Source: Magallana gigas (taxonomy: Eukaryota). From it: 64,000 nucleotides of DNA. Every line of letters starts with the position of its first letter. Positions within the stretch are counted from its first letter, which is position 1. The position numbers were made by a program, and so were the translations under genes. Positions 45,774 to 59,300 of the stretch are shown piece after piece. Where the stretch lies: assembly GCF_963853765.1 (NCBI RefSeq), contig NC_088855.1, positions 59,210,001 through 59,274,000 of the forward strand, given 5' to 3'. A model generated the notes under the pieces. The model worked only from the letters and a program-made list of their open reading frames with translations, was not told the DNA's origin and did no database searches.

Positions 45774-47268
45774 GCCAGAAAGTCCATTGATTGGCGATTG
45801 GTTTCACCATAAAGCTCACCCAATTGTCTATTCATACCATTGTTTATTAGGACTATTTATGTTTTCATTAGCCAACAAATGTTTTCACACAAGTAGAAAA
45901 GAAATGGAAATCAATGTCCGTGGGTATAGCCTCGTTATATTTATATTGTATGCTAAGCTTGCTTTTTGGACCCCCTTGGATCGTTATAGAACTTGGGAGG
46001 AAATGGAATCTCTGCAGATTGTGCAAATGGTTTCATTAACGAATCCCAAATTGCTTTTTAATCGTTCATATAATACCATTTTTGTAAACATCATTAATTG
46101 TATCTAACAAATACAAAATCATTTGTATACCATACAGAATTCTCGAATCCATGAAAATGTTTTTAAAATACATTGAAAAATGAACCAAATTCGATATATA
46201 TATTGGATCATTTTTTGCGTAAAAGTGTGTGGCTTTAAGTGATTAGTTACAATCGTTAATCCTTCCAATTTATTGTAAATCTTGCAAAGACCATGCACAG
46301 AAAATGTTTACGTAATAACAAATTTGTAACGCACCTTCTCGTATTTTCAATTAAAAAAAATGTAGTATTTGCACAAACTAAATGTGGAATTCAAGAAATA
46401 AACGTTAACAAGCTTGATTCCACATAGACATGTGATATATTTTAACCATTGAAGAGACACTATAGATCTTCATTTATTTCACTTTTGATCGTTGCTTATC
46501 TTTTTTAGAGTTTGGTTTATCAACATCTGGTACCTATCAGAATTGAAAACGCATTTTGCATAGTTTCTAAATATGATGATATACACGTTTTTATCTAAAG
46601 TGTATTTTTGTACTCATTAGATCATCGCTATGTTCGTGCGTGCTAAATAAATGTATACTATGAATAACAAAAACTTGACACAGGATCGATTAAAATGATA
46701 CTTTTTGGAACATGTGTCACAATTCTAAAATGTTGATATCAAGAACAATGACCAAAAGTTCATGCAATACATCACAGATAACATGTATTTTTCCGATAAA
46801 GTGAATAGCAGCTGATGTTAAGAGATAAAACTTTAATTTTAATTTTAATGATTTCCCCTTTTGTTCCTCTTAGTAAACACATTTGTATTTGAACTAAAAT
46901 CTAGACTGTAATGAAAAAGAATATTTTCAAAAATCTAGATATAAACATTTACAGACATGGTGATTCGTTTGCACTCCATAAAAATTCATAGAAGTAGGTT
47001 GTTTAACAATGTTATAAGTAACTCTTGTTAGGAAGATATGATGCCTATTAGGTGGACAACTCGTACAATTTCCAAATAATCACAATTCAACAGGCAATTA
47101 ACTATATATAAATTGTGTGTATATCAGTAATTTAAACGTCAACTGGTCTTTTTATTGACATTACTAACGCCATTAGTTCAACTTTCTATATTATTTAAGC
47201 CGACAACTAGTTGTCTGCATGTTGACAGTCAGCTAAAGTTTTCACATTCTTAAAATGTACACGTGTAA

Positions 47269-47403
47269 NNNNNNNNNNNNNNNNNNNNNNNNNNNNNNNN
47301 NNNNNNNNNNNNNNNNNNNNNNNNNNNNNNNNNNNNNNNNNNNNNNNNNNNNNNNNNNNNNNNNNNNNNNNNNNNNNNNNNNNNNNNNNNNNNNNNNNNN
47401 NNN
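47269..47403. other. Assembly gap (135 N)
   Basis: Run of N bases. Confidence 0.99.
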
Positions 47404-48203
47404 NCTTGTTACATTTTCCTTCATATTGTTAACGAGCATTATTATGAATATTCTAATATACCACACAAGGACATCATCAAATCATTTTATTCAGGTGCAC
47501 TATTTAAAATACCTACTATACGAAACTAATAAACCAGTTTAATATATACGGCAGATTTAACCTAAATCTAAAGATAAGCGCTAGATTTCTGTAATAGTTT
47601 GCGTGTGTCATATTTCTAGGCGCATATACAATTGCATGATTAAATTACCAATGCCTCTCACTGGTTGTTTTGATTCACGATTCATGCGACAGATTTTATT
47701 TTCTGAAATAGCATATCTTTAGAGTTATAATCGTAGAGTCATATTTTTTACGAATCCAGGCTTTTGCCTTTTAAATTAATTAAAACTTGTAGTTTAAAGA
47801 TGTGCTTACAATATTGATTACGCAAAGAATAAAACGTTTCTATTACGAATACTTGCACATACCACCAAATGGTTTGGTAACGCATAGGGGCCAAACATAT
47901 TCATTCATGTATGTGATTGGTGACGAGTATATATGTACTAAACGATTGGTGTGGGAATTTTTATTCAACAATGTTTGATGATGTTGGTTTTGGTAGTATT
48001 TATAGAAGATGTAAGAGTTTAAAAGTGAAACTTGTGGCTATTAGAAAGTTTTGCTCCGTCTACATTTATATATCCTTGTTTTCTTTTCTGCACACAGTTG
48101 CATAGTTGGTGCATCTGACTTGGTAGCCTAACTCTGTACAGTTCTGTTACGCATGTATTATTAAGATATCTATGTTATTTCAAGTGTTATTTGACTAACT
48201 TTT

Positions 48204-48500
48204 GTTGAGGTAGTGGTTGAAAGTTTGACTGTATCAACTTAATATACCCCGTCTTTATTCCTTGGATTTAATCGCTGTGTTATTATCAGTTGAGGTAGTG
48301 GTTGAAAGTTTGACTGTATCAACTAATACATCTCTGTCTTTATTCCATGGGTTTAATCGCTGTGTAATTATCAGTTGAGGTAGTGGTTGAAAGTTTGACT
48401 GTATTAATCTAATACATCTCTGTCTTTATTCCATGGGTTTAATCGCTGTGTTATTATCAGTTGAGGTAGTGGTTGAAAGTTTGACTGTATTAATCTAATA
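48204..48500. repeat. ~85-bp tandem repeat, about 3.5 copies
   Basis: GTTGAGGTAGTGGTTGAAAGTTTGACTGTAT at 48204, 48289, 48374 and 48460. Confidence 0.9.
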
Positions 48501-51500
48501 TATACTGGTCAAAGCACAGGACTGTTGTCTTCTGGTGTTGTTTTGTTTCATATATAGTTGAGGAACTAGACAAACATATTTTGTGTTAATAGTTGAGGCG
48601 TTTGACTATATAGCAATCTAATACTATTTTACTGGTAGAAAAAATGGACTAAACGTCTAGGGTATTAGTGTAAGCACTATTGCCTATCGTATAACTGGTT
48701 AAAGGGTTTGGCTACATAGAGAATTATCTACTGGTTGTAAAATTAGACTATGACTATCGGAGACATCGGGTAAAGAGTGAGTCATCACGGTCTGAGATGG
48801 GTTGAACAGTTTCTGAAACGATCGCCTATTGCCCTTTGAGGTACCGGGTATTTAATTTTTTTTATTTGGCAGTTGAGATTTTTTTTTACGTGCATGGTTG
48901 CTTAGTTTGAGATACTGCTATTCTGATATCCCAATTTTAAATTCACGTCATATTTAAGAAAATTATTTGATTTAAGGTCACTTCAGAGTAATTATACGCG
49001 GGAGAAAGATCAAGCTGAATTCTTAACTTAACCATAACAGTCTAGTTAAGTAACTCTTTTCTGCGATGCTACACTTACTTTGTATATCACATACGGGAGG
49101 CATGGAATGGATTTGGCTACTGTGCAGAATTATTTGCGTATGAACCTTAATTAAAATGAAATCAAAATCAACTCGCTTTATTTCATGAGGTTTTGTTTAT
49201 ATATTTAATCAAAAGTTACATATAACTTGTCTTGATTTGATTTGATACAACTGTGTTGTACAATGAGGTAAAAAAAATTCAGAGGAAACACTGACAGGAG
49301 GAGGCGCCGATGCGCGTCTGTATAGCGTTCAAATAAGAACCAAGCTGTCCGCGCGCCTGGATGTGCTTTAATAATTGATTATAATCACTTGATTAACTAC
49401 AATACCTTCGTGTCAACAAATCGAACCCGAACAAAAACGGAAAACTTGTGAACATCAAATATTTCATTTTCTTTGCAACAACATGTATTATGTGTGTTTA
49501 TCAGCTGATGCTATGTATTTCACGTACTACTAGACACAGGAGTGAATCGATAGAACTCTGTCGATCCATTGAGTTCCTCCGTGTGGGAGTATCAGAATAT
49601 CATTGGCTGTCTCCGCCTGACGTCATAATCGCTTTAGTTAAAGGAGTTGTAGGAGACAACTTGGAAGTTTTCATATTCGTTCTTAAGAAATGACATTGCG
49701 GAGCACAAAAACGTAACTCCAGGTAGGCTTTCAAATTTCTCTGTGTTCATATTTGGCCAAAATTTGACATTTCTCTATTCAGTATCGGTTATCCTCGACG
49801 CAACGCTGTAAAGAGCCCCATCGGTATCTGAGTGCTGATGCTAATGCTTTCTTATATGTTAAATTAAGGACCGCAAAATTTGTGATAACTGTTGAGACTT
49901 TGTATTGTTTGTTACTAGTAACTCAAATTTTTCAATTTGTTCAGGTCGATTACAGATATCTCCGTAATAAGAATTAACATTCATCCAGGGCATGTAAAAA
50001 TAAAGATGTTTTATTTCATTATTAAAATCCATTTAGAATATTTCACTGTTTTCAAACATTCGTTCGGCGCAAATGGCAAATGTAAATAGTCTGGAGAAAG
50101 TACACATATATAAAACCCCTGCACCCACACAAGGTGTAGCTATGTGATCTGTTTCCTAAATAAAGCATTCAAGATTTCATAAAGGTAGAAAACGCAAATA
50201 GAGAAAAAACGAACATACGCGGACGTTTTCAGACTCTAGCAAGCCAGTAATAACGACCTCAGCGAACCAAATGTCAGCACAGATCTCACCTCGTAGGAAC
50301 AATAGATTCACCAATCTCTGCTTTGAGCAATAAATAAATGAAAAGACAGAGATTAAGACAATTTTTTTCACTATCATGTTTGAATATTTTTTAACTAAAC
50401 AGCTTAAGGCGAGTTTTATTTCCTTGGCTCGATCGATGACTGCTGAGTTTGTCAGATCTGCCAATGGTTGTTAGTTCTTTAAACAAGATATATGATAGAA
50501 TTGTTCTTGAAATTGAGGAAAGCAATGAAAAAATAAAACCCTTGTTTTTTAAGCACATTTTTACGCTTGTAAAATATAAACTTAAGCATAAAACCCAGTC
50601 CTTTTTTCATTCTCTAAAATTCTTAATACTGATAATCAGGGCACCATTGAACATCGTTAAAGGGTTTGACTTGTCGGAAATGGATAAATCAATTGTCAGC
50701 AAATTAATACCCCGATAAAGATACAGATTTTAATGATTATCTAATTAAATTATCTGTTAAATCTATTATTCTTTTTGACAGAAAAAACCCACGTGGGTTA
50801 ATCTACACGCAACTTTTTATTTTTAACGTATATATTTCTTCTTCTACAGATGTACCGCCAGTACAGTGAAATAGAGAATCTAGGAACAAATATATTTAAG
50901 ATTTAACCAGAATTATAATTAGGGATCTTTTAACGACTAATTGGAGGATTCAATAAAGAAAAACTCCAGAGGATCCGTTTAACTACCAGTTCCTTTCAGA
51001 CATTGGATTTGTTCAATAGCTGACTTCCGGGAGAGTGGATTTATCAACGTTAAGGGGATGTTCCAGAAGACGACGCAGGCATAACAAGGACTGATTAATC
51101 GGCCCCGATGTCTCAGTAATAGTCTGGTAAAACACGGAATGAAATCCATAGACTGATTCTAAAACCAGAGGACCATAAAGATACACATAAAGACATATTA
51201 TTTTAACCAATCAGGTAAAATACTAGTAGTAAGATCCCTTCTTCTCATTTATTATTTTTTTTAAATTGTGAACTACTCATAGATTTTGAAAAAAGAAATT
51301 CTTACAGGCACAAGTTTTATAACGCATTATCTACATCCTGTTTGATATTGATAATAACTGATAATTAAGTACTCTAACTTGGAAATTGAAATTAATTGGT
51401 TCTTGATGAAATATTCTTTACCATTAGCACTTTTTTTCAACTCCAAATAAGTAGAAATGAATCTTTAGAAATGCGTACTTGCCCTTGTCTGTGTTAAAGT

Positions 51501-51597
51501 TATGAATACATGTGCATATACAGTCTTACATTTTAATTTTCAATTCTCACCAGTGTAGGATCAAGTCAAGGAATAAATAAAGGAAAAAGTCTCAGTC

Positions 51598-53121
51598 ATG
51601 AAGTTGTCCGTGTTTTCGTGTGGATTTAGCTTTATCGTCGTGGACCTCATCTTCTTCCTGTACAAGACCGGAGAATCGATGCTGGATGCGACGACCAGGC
51701 CGTACCTTGTCCGTGCGGTGTGTTATGAGATATTCAAAGACGAGAAAGGCAAAAATGAGACCACTTGCATGAACTTAAACGAATACCCAGTCCTTGAAGA
51801 CTATATACAGAGTCAGTCCGCCAATTATCTGGTGTACTTCAGACTGCTTCTGAACATTCCCGCCATAGCACTGTCTCTGTTCTGTGGATCGTACAGCGAT
51901 CGCTACGGGAGAAAAATCCCGATCTTGCTCCCCAGCCTCGGGAGTGTGTTCGCCGTACTTTTGTACATGACCAGCAATCTGGTGCCTGAACACCGGATAG
52001 CTCTCATCCTCGGGGGGTCGGCTGTACAGGGATTCTTTGGAAAGAGCTCCGTCATAACGATGGCCGTCAACAGCTTCGTGTTCGATTTGTCAGACCCGGG
52101 GGATCGCACGCGGAACCTCGGGAAACTCCTGGCCATGAACTTTTTCGGACTGTTTATGGGGTCGTTGTTTTCAGGTATTTTCCAAGATGTCCTTGACCTG
52201 AATGCTGCCTTTGTGTCGGTCGTGGTTCTCCACGGAGCTTCCATCATGTTTACGATCATTTTAGTGGATGAGACAGTGAATCGTAAGGAAGTGGACGAGG
52301 AAGACCGGAAGTCTCGATGTGAGTTGTGTGAAGTGTTCAGACTGTCAAACATTAAGGAGACACTGGCTGTTCTGATCAAGCCTCGCTCTGGAAACCTCCG
52401 ACTTATCATTCTGACGTTGTTTATGATATCACTAGTGAACCAGACGTGTAAGGTGGGGGAAATGGACATCAACCTTCTGTTCGTCACTCGGAGTCCCCTG
52501 AACTGGTCCAAGTCCTGGTATGGGTATCTCTTGTCTCTGGACTACGCAGTGATGGGGCTTTGCTTATTCATTTTCCTGCCTTTATTCTCCAATAAGTTCA
52601 TGCTCTCTGACGTTACCATTATGATAGTAGGAATCGGCTGTAAGTTCGTGCGCCTGATTTGGGCCGGTTTTTGTGACGAATCTTGGATGGTCTTCCTCTC
52701 CGTGGCTATAGGTGCGATGGCGGGAATGATCACGTCTGCTCTGCGGTCCTTGGTCAGCAAGGCCGTGCACACAGACGAGGCGGGAAAAATGTTCTCTCTC
52801 CTGGCATGCGGCGAAACGTGCTCAAAATTCTTAGGAACCGTTATATTTGTTAACCTGTATAGCGTCACGGCGCATATATTCCCCGGCATAGCGTTCTTGG
52901 TTGAATCCTTTGTCTATCTTGTTTTACTAGGAATTCTAATTCTTATGTTTAGAGATCTGCGTGACCTTCAGAGCTGTGACCTTTTACAATCGCTCAAAGA
53001 TCAACCGGATTATGGCGCCACCGGAAATCACCAATCAAAAGGAGATAAACGGTTACCGGAAATAGACGAGATGGAGGAGGAGCAGCCCCACCCCTCCATG
53101 TACCAGGCTACTACACCTTGA
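51598..53121 (+). CDS. SLC46-family (PCFT/SLC46A3-like) major facilitator superfamily transporter; single coding exon
   Basis: 507 aa with many hydrophobic segments, MFS loop motif GSYSDRYGRK, LRSLVSKAVHTDEAGKMFS, a large first luminal loop with cysteines; acceptor CTCACCAG ends at 51552, upstream of the ATG. The paralogue cannot be assigned. Confidence 0.88.
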   Translation: MKLSVFSCGFSFIVVDLIFFLYKTGESMLDATTRPYLVRAVCYEIFKDEKGKNETTCMNLNEYPVLEDYIQSQSANYLVYFRLLLNIPAIALSLFCGSYSDRYGRKIPILLPSLGSVFAVLLYMTSNLVPEHRIALILGGSAVQGFFGKSSVITMAVNSFVFDLSDPGDRTRNLGKLLAMNFFGLFMGSLFSGIFQDVLDLNAAFVSVVVLHGASIMFTIILVDETVNRKEVDEEDRKSRCELCEVFRLSNIKETLAVLIKPRSGNLRLIILTLFMISLVNQTCKVGEMDINLLFVTRSPLNWSKSWYGYLLSLDYAVMGLCLFIFLPLFSNKFMLSDVTIMIVGIGCKFVRLIWAGFCDESWMVFLSVAIGAMAGMITSALRSLVSKAVHTDEAGKMFSLLACGETCSKFLGTVIFVNLYSVTAHIFPGIAFLVESFVYLVLLGILILMFRDLRDLQSCDLLQSLKDQPDYGATGNHQSKGDKRLPEIDEMEEEQPHPSMYQATTP

Positions 53122-54715
53122 TCCACCCCAAAGTTTCCCCCATGATTTTCGATCAGTATTTACTACTTGGAATCAAACGAATGGAGCAATACTCTGCCTA
53201 CGAATAAAAATGCCAAATCAAAGACATTGTTTTTCTTGTTTGTAACAAAAACATGCCGTGTTTAAGGTTCGTCTGTGTTCATAATAAATTATGCAAGCAA
53301 ACTGTTGTCTTCTTTGTAGACTAGGAAAGGTTAAATAGTAGATCAGTCCACAGAGCTGTTACTTTACAGTGTACTTAGTTCAATGTTAGATAGATATATG
53401 TACATGTATAAGTCTTTGACAGGGGCGCGCACTGCAGCTGTCGTTTGCTTTTTTAAAAATCTAGGAAAAAATATAATTAATAAGACGTTAAGAGTACACA
53501 TCTAATACTACTGTTGCAGCTGCAGATATGTTGCTCAATGGAGAAATTCAGGTTGACATTACAAGTAAAGTCACGATGTGTTCAGAAGCAGATCTGCAGC
53601 TATTACTGCAATATCCATCCACCATTGTTAAAATACTGGAATGTACTTCTTAGTGTACACGACATTGAGAATGCTTAATGATAAAGATATTAGAATTGCA
53701 CAGCTCATCCTAAATCCAACCATATTCACAAATTATCTAAGATTAAATCCATAATTATTGGAACTTTTTTCAGTTATAAAAATTCTGCGTATTGTTACGT
53801 TTGTATTCTTCGAAGATTATCATATGATATTGCATCATTTGGAGAAACATTTTTATGAGATTATCTGTAGCAAATAAAAAAAGAATGTCATGTAATTCAG
53901 AAGTGGCACTTCGATAAAATTGAGAATTAAAAAGAATGATGATCTTAAAATCCAATTATCTGTCATAATAACATTGTGCTGGCGGCTAACTTATCCCAAT
54001 GATGCTTTATTTTGGTTTTTATATTCCCGAGTACGTGGATTATCTTTTGACATTACCGATTATTAACTACCAATATAGCGCGCACTTTTCGTATGAGAGT
54101 ATAGCGAAAGCGATTACAGAGGGAGTCTATTGATTTTACGATTAAACTATCCAATTCCTGGGTGTTAAGTGTTTATAAAAACATCGCTCACGTAATCAAA
54201 GGATTTAATATGAAGTTCGAAACAAGAGTTTGTCGTTAGACTACAGATTCTATATTTTCGATAATTGGTTAAGTTTTTTTTTTTAAATTATATTTGAAGC
54301 AACTGAGTCATGCCCGCATTATACACTTTTACAGATGTAATAAATTAAAACAATTATCGTTTTGTAAAACACACCACTGCCAAAATTGATTCCTGCAACA
54401 ATTTACAAGATTGATGAGTTTGGAATACAAAATACGTTAATTACATGATAAAGGGTAGTCCGTGCTTTATCGAGGCCAGCAGCCACTGAGTATCAATCAA
54501 TCCAAGGGGAACGTGGGCTAGTAAGTATTAATTATAGAAAGCCAGAGTTCAGAGGCTGCCTTACATGATGATGATGATGATGATGATGATGATGGTAACC
54601 GTAGAAAAGGAGAAAATTCGTTTGAAATTTTACAGAAATAAATTACCTTAGATACTTATATAAACGTTTGTAAGATATTTGTAGAATTTCATAATCAGTG
54701 GCATCATGTCGTTAC

Positions 54716-54806
54716 TCGCTGCAGGTCTGTAGTTCCCGGTCTGAAAAAATTCGGATGGATGACCTCCGATTTATTTTTCAGACGGAGACCTACAGATCTG
54801 CAGCTA
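54716..54806. mobile_element. 91-bp palindromic MITE, T(A/C)G..CTA termini, ~9-bp TSD (AcademH-like)
   Basis: TCGCTGCAGGTCTGTAG...GGTCTGAAAAAA / TTTTTCAGACG...CTACAGATCTGCAGCTA; flanks TGTCGTTAC / GGTCGTTAC. Confidence 0.65.
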
Positions 54807-55069
54807 GGTCGTTACTCTTTGTACGAAATATATAAAAAGGATGGCATAGTTTTCCAACGTTTATTATGATGTATGATAATGACTCAAATAAACTGTAGCA
54901 GTAACAGTCTAATGGCAAACAAGTTAAATCATAAAACCACAGTGCAAAACATCAAAAATAAGGTGATAAAATTCACACTTGCACGCTGACTATCTAAAAC
55001 CATGAAAACTGTTTGACCACTTCCAAATATAAACATGATATAGTTACCCCCGTAATGTGTGGCTGAATG

Positions 55070-55741
55070 AGGTGGCAGGGGATAGTTTTTTTGGTCGAGG
55101 AAATGTGAGGCAGATAGTGCTCATATATGAGATTTAATTTTTCAGTGGATTTTTAAATTTGCTAAAATTGGTTTGCATGCACGGGACACATGGTCCCGAC
55201 TCTTGAGAATTTTTAAACACTTCAGAATAAAACAAGTACAACTTACATATAGCACTATTAAGAACAGCCAGGGACGGTCTCAAAATTTTCTGAAAAATTG
55301 CCCTTTTTTCACATTTTCATGGGTCCAGAACCACGCTCCAGTCCCAAGTAACTGCCATAAACTACCATAGGATTTGTAGCTTAATGTATACCCATGCAAA
55401 TAATCACCAATTGATGGGGGGTCAATCACCTTCTTTTCGAGTGACATTTCGTGTTCTGAACCCACCCTACTTTTCAAGCACAAAACCGAAAGTGAAAATT
55501 TGGGCCTCAGTTTCGCATTTTTATTCCATATCTGATGAAAAGTGCTACCAGTATTAAAGTGTCATATATCAATGAAATAGACATGAGCTCCTCTATCCAC
55601 AAAATGAATGCAATAAATATTCTAGCAATTTATACCCCTCAAATAACCAGCCAAACCCCAGGTTCTCCCTTTATTTCAAAATTTTGACCGGGTCTTTCCT
55701 TCGAAACCGGGTCTTTCCTTCGAAACTATCCCCTGCCACCT
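55070..55741. mobile_element. Non-autonomous DNA transposon, Kolobok-like
   Basis: 19-bp TIR AGGTGGCAGGGGATAGTTT / AAACTATCCCCTGCCACCT; the right flank is TTAA, the left flank is not. Confidence 0.6.
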
Positions 55742-55881
55742 TTAAATGAGTAAATAAATGATTCATTTAATCTAAATTATGTTAGCATTATATTGTGTTT
55801 AAAGTATTTATCTGAACACTCATTTTTCCGAGAGACGCATGGAAGTATCAACTATAAATGGACATCATGTACATATGTAAT

Positions 55882-56116
55882 CAGGCACGTAGCATCGTTT
55901 TTGAAAGTGGGGGGGCCAGACCCATCCAAAAAATCTTGACAAGCAAAAAAAAAAAAAAAAAAAAGGGAAATTTAAAGTTTCCAAAAATCTTCAAAATCCT
56001 AATCCATGGGGGGGGGGGGGGGGGGGGGGGGGGTAAGACTCAACTATACTTCCAAAAAAAATTCTTTCCTACCAAAATTTTTTTCTTCCCTCCAAATCAT
56101 GAAATTCCTAATCCGT

Positions 56117-56149
<33 letters not shown>

Positions 56150-56334
56150 GTACCTTCAATTTGACTACTCATTTCCTAATTCTCATATCAATTTTTTATT
56201 AACTTCCAAAAAAGTGGGGGGGCCAACTCCATTATAATTCATTTTCTTATATGTAAATTTTAAAAAATTCGTTGCTGCGAGAAAAAGTGGGGGGGGCCAG
56301 GCCCCCCCTGGCCCCCCCTGATGCTACGTGCCTG
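55882..56334. mobile_element. 453-bp MITE with CAG..CTG termini and 5-bp TSD (hAT5-like by inference)
   Basis: TIR CAGGCACGTAGCATC / GATGCTACGTGCCTG; GTAAT at 55877-55881 and 56335-56339; long G runs. Confidence 0.82.
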
Positions 56335-59300
56335 GTAATACAGTCATACAATATCTAGGTCTCATTTTGCATCTCGACTCTATAGAAATTGTATCAAAGT
56401 TAGTTAAAATAATTCAGTAATTAAACATACAACTATTCCACAAAACTTGGAGTCCGAGAGAAATAATGAATGCTAGAGAGTTAAGAAATAAAATAAAATT
56501 GTCAGCAAATGCTAGCAAAGGGCATTGATAACCCTACAATATAACCACGTAATATTATCATGGCCCGTTTTCAAATGAAATATTTTAATTGTAATTCAAC
56601 TCAAAACGTAAAAAAAAAAATATTAATATATTTAATAGATTCGTCAATTATTTGTTTACCTTTGTATGATAAAACACCTGAATTGTATACATCAGTAGTC
56701 TATTTTTTTCCACTATTACGTTTATGACTGATCATTTTCGGAATTAACGTGTTCTTTTATTTTCCAGAATGCATTGTCACTCTGCTTTGTTTTGTGATTT
56801 CTAATGCATTTTGAGCTATTCGTTTTTCAACATACATGTATTGCAGTTTATTGCACTAACCACTCCAAGTCGCCACTCACTGTCATATTAATCACTCAAA
56901 CGCGCGTAAAGAAATAGTTCTTATGACATTGGAGTGTTAGTTTGTTCTGATTTATCGGTCAAATGAGGTAAATGGGTGTTATGGGTTCGATTGTTATCTA
57001 AGCACAAACCGCACGGAAACTACGGTAAAAGTTATCTAGACAAAATTGCAAGTTCATGCGTAGTAATTTTACATAGAAAAATTATACAGAGGTGTTATTG
57101 ATAGCAAACTGCAAATGTATTTCACTTTAGTTTGCCGAAAACACTGTTTTTTCCCAGTTGGTAAATGCCTATATATGGAGGTCGTATCACAGTTTTTACG
57201 TGTCAGCATTAAAACACGAAAAATTGTTATCATCCAGAAAACTTTTAGAGAAAGCACAGACAAACAGAAGATAGACACTTCCATCCCCACAAAATTACAA
57301 AATTACACTGTTTTTTTTTTCTTTTTTAAAACTTGCAAAAATCAATATGTTAGATAAGCTCAAAATAAGTCTCATTAAAAATTAAACAGAAGGTTTTTAA
57401 AAGGAACTGTTAAAAGGCAACCGTACCCGCTTTTGGAAAGCAGTTTGAAGTTTGTTTTTCGCAATTCAAAATTAAACTGCATTCCAGAGAGCAGTTTGCA
57501 ATTCAAAATTGATTATTCATATTTGTGGGCTGAAATTTTCAGGGTCATCTACTAGTGGTAATTAAATTGCTACCACTGTAAAAAAAATGGTCATTTCTAA
57601 TTTATGAGATTTAACCCTTAAAGAATGTACACCAATCATTATAATGAGATTCTAAAGTATTTAAGTGTGAAAACCATGCATTAAAAATGATAAACAATAC
57701 AACTGATTTGACTTTCAAAGAGAAAAATGTAAAAACTCATTTTTTTTGTGCTCTGTTTATAGATATCATAGGTATACTTCTCAAGAAGTTTTTGATACAA
57801 GTTACAATGTAAAGTATTTAAGTAATCAAATTCATATAAAAATATAACCACGCCCCCGCTCCTATCCCACCTCACACCCTTTGAAATTTACGTTGGAATC
57901 GGAAAATTTGTAGAAACCAAAAATGAATATAGAATGTTATTTACTAGTTTATTCCAAATGATAGGCTGAAGATATGAGATTCTCACAAAGGCTTTTTAAT
58001 TGTTGTTAATTGTTTTAATTGGAAAGGAGTGACGCAAAATTTGCCAAGATATTCATAGAACCCGTGTCTGGATCACGAAGACTTGATTTAACTGTATTTG
58101 CTCACAGCTATATATTTATATATCTATGTAACAAAGGCAGCCTCGTCGCAAGCAGAAAAGTAAATATGGATGTGACATATTAGTGAAGCATTTCATTTAG
58201 ACATCAAACAGAGTTAATAGGCAATTTTTTGGGAATTTACCATTGATTTTCTAAGACAAGTAATTAACAAAGGGAAAATGAAGCATGAATTATACAACAG
58301 TGGATATCGACATCATCGCTTTACGACAGAGACCAAGTGTCCCTCACCGGCGGGTCAAAACCATTTATTTGGAATTAGTTTTGCCATTGTAATCAGACAG
58401 GAATTTATTTGTTCTTTCGATTCAGTACACATTGAGCCTCCGTCTGAGGGATTGTTGGACCTGTAATGCGCGCTTTTCTCGTGAGATGATGACTTGAGAC
58501 ACGGCGCTTGTCTCTGCCTCGGTCATTATCGTTGACACTCGGCACTCCTCCAGCCTGGCCTGTCGTCTTCAATGGAGTATAAGTGCTGACGATAATTCAG
58601 TTGTCCTGGTGAAGCCGGAGAGCGCAAACTTACTCACGCACTGCCGAACAACCTCGATCCATGTGTCGTGGAATAAACATGTCTTAAACAGCCTAACACC
58701 CTGACAAATTATCAGAATGATTTTCATCGCAAAATAATGTGTGTAGATCAATATTGTTGTTGAAAACCTGAAGGTACTCCGATCCTCAGCCTAAAAGTAA
58801 TTTTTCTTCACAAAAATGTAATATGTCTTTCAAACTTTATATATGAAAACAAATTAAATCAATGTTTATATATGATATACATGCATTTTACGAAGTTGTT
58901 GCTTTACCAACGGTGGATATAATGGAATTGTTTACAAGTTGAGATTTTAAAAAAAAGGTGGCACCGGTGCCTCGGCCCGCTTCAGCTACATGTATATATA
59001 TACATGTAGCAAATTTCCACTTCGCCAAGCATTAAAATCGTTGAATAACTTATCATCAAACTGACACAACTAGAAGACTACTTAAATTTGTCTATATAAA
59101 AGGCAGATATATGGTTTGAATAAACAAATCCGGATAATTTAGAGTTATCGATCATGGCTGAGGATCGGACGACGTTAAAAAATGATGTCAAGAAAGATCG
59201 ATCTCTTTAAAAGTCAAGTTAGTACATAATTTATTTTAAAACTACATGGTTTTATTTCAGTGAAAACAAGTTAGTATCCTACTGCGTATTTTTTCGCGGA

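Noticed and set aside
47242-47542. ORFs across the N run
   Set aside because: Artefacts of the assembly gap.
49448-50718. 80-95 aa ORFs as transposase or viral remnants
   Set aside because: No catalytic or family motif in any frame; more likely the promoter and 5' UTR region of the SLC46-like gene.
51775-52889. Antisense ORFs up to 202 aa
   Set aside because: Shadow frames of the SLC46-like CDS with no recognisable motifs.
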